This document shows, one piece after another, positions 7,243-12,370 of a DNA stretch of 12,370 nt. Position 1 is the first letter of the stretch. Every line of letters begins with the position of its first letter. The notes below the pieces were generated by a model. The model searched no databases. It was not told the origin of the DNA and worked only from the letters and a program-made list of their open reading frames with translations. The translations under genes were made by a program, and so were the position numbers. The stretch comes from Elusimicrobiota bacterium (GTDB lineage Bacteria > Elusimicrobiota > Elusimicrobia > Elusimicrobiales > UBA9959): contig DAIENX010000111.1 in NCBI GenBank assembly GCA_027340875.1, positions 1 through 12,370 of the forward strand, read 5' to 3'.

Positions 7243-7525
7243 GCTCCCCCAACTTCGGCATGGCCGGCATTACGCCCTCGTCCAGGTGATAGTACTGGGT
7301 CCCGCCGGAGCGTATTTTTGACGGCGAGAACTGCAAGTCGCGCAACTTGCGGTCCTCCGCCGCGTTCTCGATCCTTGTTCTGAGCTTTATCTTCTGCCTC
7401 ACCGAGATCCTGTCCGTGAAATGCCAGTAGGAGGAGACGAAGCCGGATATGCAGCAGCAGATGATGAAGCCGGTAAGGAAGTACTCTTCCCTGTCCTTGC
7501 GTATCCAGAAGTCCCGGAGCTTCAC
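7235..7525 (-). CDS. Small hypothetical single-TM protein, 96 aa (GTG start)
   Basis: Fills the gap between valS and the 207-aa gene. GTG (7525-7523) overlaps the valS TGA (GTGA), and SD GGAGGAG (7537-7531) lies 5 nt upstream. Its TAG overlaps the next ATG by 8 nt (ATGAATAG). Sequence MKLRDFWIRKDREEYFLTGFIICCCISGFVSSYWHF...KLGEHE is the C-terminal 96 aa of the track's 7235..8845 ORF. Confidence 0.75.
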   Translation of the reverse strand: MKLRDFWIRKDREEYFLTGFIICCCISGFVSSYWHFTDRISVRQKIKLRTRIENAAEDRKLRDLQFSPSKIRSGGTQYYHLDEGVMPAMPKLGEHE

Positions 7526-10215
7526 CTGAGCTCCTCCAGTATCTTGGTCAGCCTGTCGATGCGGCCGCCGCAGTCCTCGGAGCGGGCTTTTATCTTCTCG
7601 ACTTCGGCCTTGGGCGCGCGCTCCATGAAGGTCCTGTCCTCCAGGCGCCTCGCGCACTGCTCGCCGTCGGCGCGGGCCTTCTCCAGCTCCTTGGCGAGGC
7701 GTCCCTTCTCCTTCTCCAGGTCCACGGTGCCGTCCATCGGGACGTAGATATTGAACGCCCCGGAGATGGCGCTTACGGCGCGCGCCGGCTTGGAGAGGTC
7801 GCGCCCTATGGCGAGCTCCTCCACTTTGGCCAGCAGGCTTACGTAGCCGGAAGCGTCCTTCAGCCTGGCAAGGGCCCCGTCGTCGGAAGAGACGGCCAGC
7901 GCCTTTATCAGCTTGCCAGGAGGTATCTCGAACTGGGAGCGGACCACCCGTATCTGGGTTATCACGTCCATCAGCTCGCGCATCGCCGCCGTCGCGCCTT
8001 CCCCGGCCTCGGGGATCTCCGGCCAGCGCTCGTTCAGCAGGTAGCCGCCCGGCTCCGGCAGATAGCCCTTCAGGCTGGCGTAGAGTTCCTCGGTGACGTA
8101 CGGCATGAAGGGATGCAGGGCCTTGAGAGTGCCGGTGAAGAGCTCCAGCGCCAGCGCCAGCACGCCGTCCTTGCCGGAGCCCTGCAGGCGCGGCTTGGCG
8201 AGCTCCAGGTACCAGTCGCAGAACTCGTCCCACGCGAAGGTATACAGCGCGTCCTGCGCCTTCGGCAGGTCGTACTCGGCCATCGCGGCCTTCGAGGTCT
8301 TCAGCGCGGCCGAGTAGCGTTCCTTTATCCAGCGGTCGGCCAGCTCTGCCGGTTTCTCCGCCTTTAGCGGCGCCGGGGTCTCCGGCAGGTACATCTGCAG
8401 GAAGCGCGCCGCGTTGTAGAGCTTGTTGACGAAGTTGCGCCCGCCGACGATGGACTCCTCGGAGAACGGGATGTCGCGGCCGCCCATCGTCTGCGCCATC
8501 AGCGAGAAGCGCAGCGCGTCGGTGCCGTACTTCTCCATCATCACGAGCGGATCGATGGTGTTGCCCAGCGACTTGGACATCTTCTTGCCGTGCTTGTCGC
8601 GCACTATGCCGTGCACGTAGACCTGTCCGAACGGGACGCGGCCCATATGCTCCAGGCCGCTCATCACCATGCGGGCCACCCACAGGTAGAGGATCTCGTA
8701 GCCGGTGACGAGCACGGAGGTCGGGTAATAATAGTCGAGTTCCTTGGTCCTCTCCGGCCAGCCGAAGACGGAGAAAGGCCACAGGGCCGAGGAGAACCAG
8801 GTGTCGAGCACGTCCGGGTCCTGCAGCAGGTCGTGGCCGCCGCACTTGGGGCAGGCCGCGGGCTTGTCCTGCGAGACTATCGGCAGCGCGCCGTCGGAGA
8901 AGGAGACGCGGGAGAGGCCGCCCTTCTCGTCGAACTTCAGGCCGTCACCGGAGCAGGAACGGCAGTACCAGACCGGTATGCGGTGGCCCCACCAGATCTG
9001 ACGCGAGACGCACCAGTCCTGGATATTGGAGAGCCACTGTACGAAAGGCTTCTTCCAGGAGGAGGGGTAGAACTTGACCTTCTCCTTCTCGGCGGCCTCC
9101 ATCGCCGGGGCGGCAAGGTCCTTCATTTTTACGAACCACTGCTCGCTGACCAGAGGCTCTATGTGGCTGGTGCAGCGGTAGCACTTGCTGACGGAATGCT
9201 TGTAATGCTCTTCCTTCGCCAGCAGGCCGGCCTCGGTCAGGTCCTGGACCACTTCCTTGCGGGCCTGCTGCACGCTCAAGCCCTCGTACTTGGCCGGGCA
9301 GTTGACCATGCGGCCCTCGTACGAGACAACGCGCAGGACCTCGAGGTTATGGCGCTGGCCTATCTCGAAGTCGAGCGGGTCGTGAGCGGGCGTGACTTTC
9401 ACGGCGCCGGTTCCGAAATCCTTCTCCACGCCTTCGTCCGCGACCAGCGGTATCAGCCTGTCCGTCAGAGGGAGCTTCAGCTTCTTGCCGGTCATTTCCT
9501 TGTAGCGCTCGTCCTCCGGGTGCACCGCGACGGCGGTATCGCCCAGCATGGTCTCGGGGCGGGTGGTGGCGACTATGACCTCCCCGGAGCCGTCCTCCAG
9601 GGCGTAATTTATGTGCCAGAGCTTGGATTTCTCATCCTCGTACTCCACCTCTATGTCGGACAGCGCGGTGCCGCAGCGGGCGCACCAGTTGATCATGCGC
9701 TCGCCGCGGTAGACCAGGCCCTTCTCCCAGAGGGAGCGGAAGGTCTCGAAGACGGCCTTGGCGCGCGGCTTGTCCATCGTGAAGCGCACGTTGTCCTTGC
9801 CCAGGTCCAGCGCGCAGCCCAGCTTGCGCAGCTGGGAGAGTATAGTGCCGCCGCATTCCTCGTACCAGGCCCAGGTTCGGGCGAGGAAGCCCTCGCGGCC
9901 CAGGTCGTGGCGGGTCTTGCCCTCGGCCTTGAGCTGCTTCTCCATCACGTTCTGGGTGGCTATGCCGCCGTGGTCGGTGCCGGGCACCCAGTAGGCCTCG
10001 TGCCCGAGCATGCGCTGGTAGCGGATCAGCACGTCCTGCAGCGTGTTGTTCAGGGCGTGGCCTATGTGCAGCGCGCCGGTGATGTTCGGAGGGGGGATGA
10101 CCACTACGAAAGGCTTCTTCTCCGCGCTGGGTTTGGAGATGAAAAGTCTTTCTTTCTGCCAGGTTTCGGCCCATTTGGCCTCGACCGGCTTGGGGTCGTA
10201 AGCTTTGCTTAGCAT
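7522..10215 (-). CDS. valS: Valine--tRNA ligase (class Ia), 897 aa
   Basis: PPPNITGALHIGH (HIGH motif), PGTDHGGIATQ, VATTRPETMLGDTAVAVHP, GTGAVKVTPAHD (editing domain), DWCVSRQIWWGHRIP, DVLDTWFSSALWPFS, KMSKSLGN, and a C-terminal coiled coil. Confidence 0.98.
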   Translation of the reverse strand: MLSKAYDPKPVEAKWAETWQKERLFISKPSAEKKPFVVVIPPPNITGALHIGHALNNTLQDVLIRYQRMLGHEAYWVPGTDHGGIATQNVMEKQLKAEGKTRHDLGREGFLARTWAWYEECGGTILSQLRKLGCALDLGKDNVRFTMDKPRAKAVFETFRSLWEKGLVYRGERMINWCARCGTALSDIEVEYEDEKSKLWHINYALEDGSGEVIVATTRPETMLGDTAVAVHPEDERYKEMTGKKLKLPLTDRLIPLVADEGVEKDFGTGAVKVTPAHDPLDFEIGQRHNLEVLRVVSYEGRMVNCPAKYEGLSVQQARKEVVQDLTEAGLLAKEEHYKHSVSKCYRCTSHIEPLVSEQWFVKMKDLAAPAMEAAEKEKVKFYPSSWKKPFVQWLSNIQDWCVSRQIWWGHRIPVWYCRSCSGDGLKFDEKGGLSRVSFSDGALPIVSQDKPAACPKCGGHDLLQDPDVLDTWFSSALWPFSVFGWPERTKELDYYYPTSVLVTGYEILYLWVARMVMSGLEHMGRVPFGQVYVHGIVRDKHGKKMSKSLGNTIDPLVMMEKYGTDALRFSLMAQTMGGRDIPFSEESIVGGRNFVNKLYNAARFLQMYLPETPAPLKAEKPAELADRWIKERYSAALKTSKAAMAEYDLPKAQDALYTFAWDEFCDWYLELAKPRLQGSGKDGVLALALELFTGTLKALHPFMPYVTEELYASLKGYLPEPGGYLLNERWPEIPEAGEGATAAMRELMDVITQIRVVRSQFEIPPGKLIKALAVSSDDGALARLKDASGYVSLLAKVEELAIGRDLSKPARAVSAISGAFNIYVPMDGTVDLEKEKGRLAKELEKARADGEQCARRLEDRTFMERAPKAEVEKIKARSEDCGGRIDRLTKILEELR

Positions 10216-10236
10216 GATGCCTTCTTCGGGGCTGAA

Positions 10237-11328
10237 CTATACGAATTCGCGGAAGACCGCGTTGGAGACGTAGAACTTGTCCGGCTTTATGCGTATGCTC
10301 CCGTCTGTCCTCTCTATCAGACCGGCCTCCAGCAGGCGACCTATTTCAACTTTAAATTCTATAAATATATCCTCGGGAAGTTCAATTCCGGCGGTTTTGC
10401 GCAGGCCGAGCATTATTCGCTCGGCCGTTTTCGCCCTTCCCTCCAGTCTTTCCGAGTATTGCTGCGGCGCCGCGAGGCCAGCCAGCAGCGCCGAGACGTA
10501 ATCGGCGGTTACGGCCGTGTTCGCGCCGCGCGCGCCGCCCAGGTAGGAAGCCGCGCCCGTGCCCAGTCCCAGGTACTCTCCCTGGTCCCAGTAGTTAAGA
10601 TTGTGCAGCGATTCTTTTCCCGGTTTGGCGAAGTTAGATATCTCGTAGCGCATCAGCCCGGCGCGCTTCAGGATGTCCGCCGCCGTCTCGTACATGGCGG
10701 CCGCGGCCTCCGGCTCCTCGCGCACGCCGGCGGCGTGGAAAGGGGTGCCCTCGTGAATTTCCAGCGCGTAGAGGGACACATGCTCCGGCCCGAGGCCCAG
10801 CAGCAGGTCCAGAGACTCGCGCAGGTCGGCCTCCGTCTGGCCCGGCAGACCGCACATCAGGTCCGCGTTGATATTGTCGAAGCCGGCAGCGCGCAGCGAG
10901 CGGAACGCGCGGACGAAGTCTTCCCTCAGGGCTACCCGGCCCAGCTTCTTAAGCAGGCGGTCCTGGGCCGCCTGCAGGCCCAGGCTGACGCGGCTTATGC
11001 CGGTCGCCTTGAGCAGGGCGGTCTTGTCAGCGTCGAGGCTTTCCGGGTTGGCCTCGAAAGTGCTTTCCTTCAGTCCTTCCACCGGCCCGGTCAAGGCCTC
11101 CAGTACGCCGAACAGGCGCCGCAGCTGGGCTTGCGACAGGATGCTGGGCGTGCCGCCCCCGATATAAAGTGTCGAGAAGCTCCCGGCCAGCGCGTCGTGG
11201 CGTACCGATTCCGCCGCCAGGGCACCCAGGTAGGAGTCTATTGCCTCCGGCGTTCCTGGCGCGGAAGCGAAGTCGCAGTAGCCGCACTTGGCCCGGCAGA
11301 ACGGCAGGTGAACGTATAGTCCGGTCAT
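10237..11328 (-). CDS. hemW: Radical SAM family heme chaperone HemW (HemN-like), 363 aa
   Basis: GLYVHLPFCRAKCGYCDF (CxxxCxxC), TLYIGGGTPS, TFEANPES, RVSLGLQ, INADLMCGLPGQT, HVSLYAL, YEISNFA, and HNLNYW (the HNxxYW motif characteristic of HemW). It lacks the N-terminal extension of true HemN. Confidence 0.92.
   Translation of the reverse strand: MTGLYVHLPFCRAKCGYCDFASAPGTPEAIDSYLGALAAESVRHDALAGSFSTLYIGGGTPSILSQAQLRRLFGVLEALTGPVEGLKESTFEANPESLDADKTALLKATGISRVSLGLQAAQDRLLKKLGRVALREDFVRAFRSLRAAGFDNINADLMCGLPGQTEADLRESLDLLLGLGPEHVSLYALEIHEGTPFHAAGVREEPEAAAAMYETAADILKRAGLMRYEISNFAKPGKESLHNLNYWDQGEYLGLGTGAASYLGGARGANTAVTADYVSALLAGLAAPQQYSERLEGRAKTAERIMLGLRKTAGIELPEDIFIEFKVEIGRLLEAGLIERTDGSIRIKPDKFYVSNAVFREFV
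10356..10385 (-). promoter_or_regulatory. Putative sigma70-type internal promoter within the hemW 3' end, pointing at valS
   Basis: Minus strand reads TTGAAC (10385-10380), 18 nt, TAGAAT (10361-10356). It lies in a conspicuously AT-rich patch (about 10341-10386) of an otherwise GC-rich gene, about 140 nt upstream of the valS ATG. Confidence 0.55.
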
Positions 11329-11339
11329 TTTCGAAGTGG

Positions 11340-11386
11340 AAAAACGCGGGGCAGAGGACGCTCCCAGAGCCGCTCCTCTGCCCCGC
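11340..11386 (-). terminator. Intrinsic terminator downstream of the slipin gene
   Basis: Minus strand: GCGGGGCAGAGGA (11386-11374) pairs perfectly with TCCTCTGCCCCGC (11358-11346), 13 bp, with an inner GCTC-TGG-GAGC hairpin, followed by GTTTTTCC. A second 7-bp hairpin (11388-11407) lies just upstream. Confidence 0.7.
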
Positions 11387-11414
11387 TCCGCCGCCCTGGA
11401 GCGGCGGTCCCGCG

Positions 11415-12161
11415 TCAGTTCTTAGAGGCGTTCTTCATGAACATCTGCAGCAGGTCTATCGGTACCGGGAAGATGGTGGTAGAGTTCCTCTCGGTGGCTA
11501 TCTCGGTGAGGGTCTGCAGGTAGCGCAGCTGTATGGCGGCAGGCTCCTTGCCTATGATCTGGGCCGCGTCGGCCAGCTTCTGCGAGGCCTGGAACTCGCC
11601 TTCCGCGTGGATGACCTTGGCGCGGCGCTCGCGCTCCGCCTCGGCCTGCCGCGCTATAGCGCGCTGCATGTCGGAGGGGATGTCCACGTTCTTCACCTCC
11701 ACGCTGGAGACCTTTATCCCCCACGGCTCGGTGTGCTGGTCCAGGATCTCCTGCAGGTTCTTGTTGATCTTGTCGCGCTGGGAAAGCAGGTCGTCGAGTT
11801 CCTGCTGGCCGAGCACGCTGCGCAGCGTGGTCTGGGAGAGCTGGGAGGTCGCGTACATGAAGTTCTCCACGTTCAGGATGGCGGACTGCGGGTTGATCAC
11901 CCGGAAGTACACCACCGCGTTCACCTTCACCGAGATGTTGTCGCGGGTGATGATGTCCTGCGGCGGCACGTCCAGCACCACTACGCGGGTGCTGACCCGG
12001 AACATCGTCTGTATGCCCGGGATCAGGATGATCAGGCCGGGACCCTTCACGCCGGTGAAGCGGCCGAGCGTCAGCACCACGCCGCGCTCGTACTCGTTGA
12101 GCACCTTGATGCTGGAGAAGATTATGACGGCTGCGATTATCAACAGGGGAACGAAGCCCAT
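11415..12161 (-). CDS. Slipin family / SPFH (band 7, stomatin-like) membrane protein, 248 aa
   Basis: N-terminal TM, then [123 protein letters not shown]: canonical prokaryotic stomatin motifs. Confidence 0.95.
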   Translation of the reverse strand: MGFVPLLIIAAVIIFSSIKVLNEYERGVVLTLGRFTGVKGPGLIILIPGIQTMFRVSTRVVVLDVPPQDIITRDNISVKVNAVVYFRVINPQSAILNVENFMYATSQLSQTTLRSVLGQQELDDLLSQRDKINKNLQEILDQHTEPWGIKVSSVEVKNVDIPSDMQRAIARQAEAERERRAKVIHAEGEFQASQKLADAAQIIGKEPAAIQLRYLQTLTEIATERNSTTIFPVPIDLLQMFMKNASKN

Positions 12162-12169
12162 TTTTGATT

Positions 12170-12175
12170 ACCTCC
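12170..12175 (-). promoter_or_regulatory. Ribosome-binding site of the slipin gene
   Basis: GGAGGT on the minus strand, 8 nt upstream of ATG 12161. Confidence 0.75.
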
Positions 12176-12264
12176 GGAGGGTGTTTTTGCCTGCTGCCTG
12201 TAAGTCTACAAAAGAAAGTCACGGCAGGCAAACGCGTTCCCGCTTCCCGCGCGTGCCGCTTGTT

Positions 12265-12294
12265 TTGTATCATATTCCCGAAGGTCTTTATAAC
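12265..12294 (+). promoter_or_regulatory. Possible divergent promoter region (nusB on +, slipin on -)
   Basis: AT-rich patch. Plus strand: TTGTAT (12265-12270), 18 nt, TATAAC (12289-12294). Minus strand: TATGAT (12274-12269) with no convincing -35. Both matches are imperfect. Confidence 0.35.
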
Positions 12295-12302
12295 GCGAAA
12301 TT

Positions 12303-12370
12303 ATGAGCAAAAGAAGATTGGCCAGAGAGAACTGCCTGCAGTCGCTTTACAGCTCCGATATCTCCAGCCT
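12303..12370 (+). CDS. nusB: Transcription antitermination factor NusB, N-terminal fragment (3'-partial)
   Basis: ATG 12303 gives MSKRRLARENCLQSLYSSDISS..., matching the NusB N-terminal R-R-x-A-R-E-x-x-L-Q-x-L-Y motif. An in-frame TAA at 12291 fixes the start. Only 22 codons are visible and the ORF is not in the track. Confidence 0.8.
   Translation, partial: MSKRRLARENCLQSLYSSDISS

Noticed and set aside
7430..7525. Lipoprotein or type IV pilin signal in the 96-aa ORF
   Set aside because: No [LVI][ASTVI][GAS]C lipobox after a proper h-region, and GF is not followed by Glu at +5.
7526..8845. N-terminal 440 aa of the 536-aa minus-strand ORF overlapping valS, or a frameshift fusion with valS
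   Set aside because: Its Arg/Gly/Pro/Ala-rich composition is typical of an off-frame reading of GC-rich DNA. ValS is intact with its normal C-terminus, and the 96-aa tail has its own SD and GTG.
8590..10212. 540-aa ORF antisense to valS
   Set aside because: It is in codon register with valS. Antisense stops need TTA, CTA or TCA sense codons, which are rare in a GC-rich gene, and it ends exactly at the CTA (Leu2) of valS. No recognisable protein features.
10216..10236. T-box riboswitch upstream of valS
   Set aside because: The intergenic gap is only 21 nt, and I see no T-box consensus (AAxxxGGGTGGxACC) or terminator in the putative leader.
10237..11328. Annotation as the coproporphyrinogen dehydrogenase HemN
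   Set aside because: The 363-aa length, missing N-terminal extension and HNxxYW motif indicate HemW.
10277..12306. Overlapping ORFs across hemW and slipin (10459..11319, 11169..12167, 11422..12273, 11533..12306 and smaller ones)
   Set aside because: They overlap confidently identified genes for most or all of their length and have shadow-ORF composition.
1..12370. CRISPR array, tRNA/rRNA, diversity-generating retroelement or long DNA tandem repeats
   Set aside because: By eye I found no regularly spaced repeats, cloverleaf, reverse transcriptase or template/variable repeat pair. Short recurrences such as ACCCTTACCG in the giant gene just encode repeated TLT(G/D) peptides. A self dot-plot would be the definitive test.

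Overview
GC-rich bacterial chromosomal window with no mobile element, CRISPR array or RNA gene that I can recognise. Left half (+ strand): the 3' ~5.55 kb of a giant secreted or surface protein whose frame is open back to base 3, so the gene starts upstream of the window. It carries beta-propeller repeats, several carboxypeptidase-regulatory-like beta-sandwich repeats, a ZU5-like module and a C-terminal FlgD-Ig / T9SS type-A-like sorting domain. It is followed after 73 bp by a PorV/PorQ (UPF0164, FadL-like) outer-membrane beta-barrel and a perfect 19-bp inverted-repeat terminator. Right half (- strand), in transcription order: a slipin/SPFH stomatin-like gene, a tandem-hairpin terminator, hemW, valS, a 96-aa membrane ORF not listed separately in the ORF track, and a 207-aa membrane protein. 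The N-terminus of nusB starts divergently at the right edge. The most interesting item is the cargo plus PorV-like barrel pair, which looks like a T9SS-like secretion or display module in an organism that does not look like Bacteroidota. The strong GGAGG Shine-Dalgarno sites and sigma70-type promoter argue against Bacteroidota; Elusimicrobiota is my guess, and that is inference only. Second is an apparent regulatory layout in which a terminator precedes hemW and a sigma70-like promoter inside hemW could drive valS.
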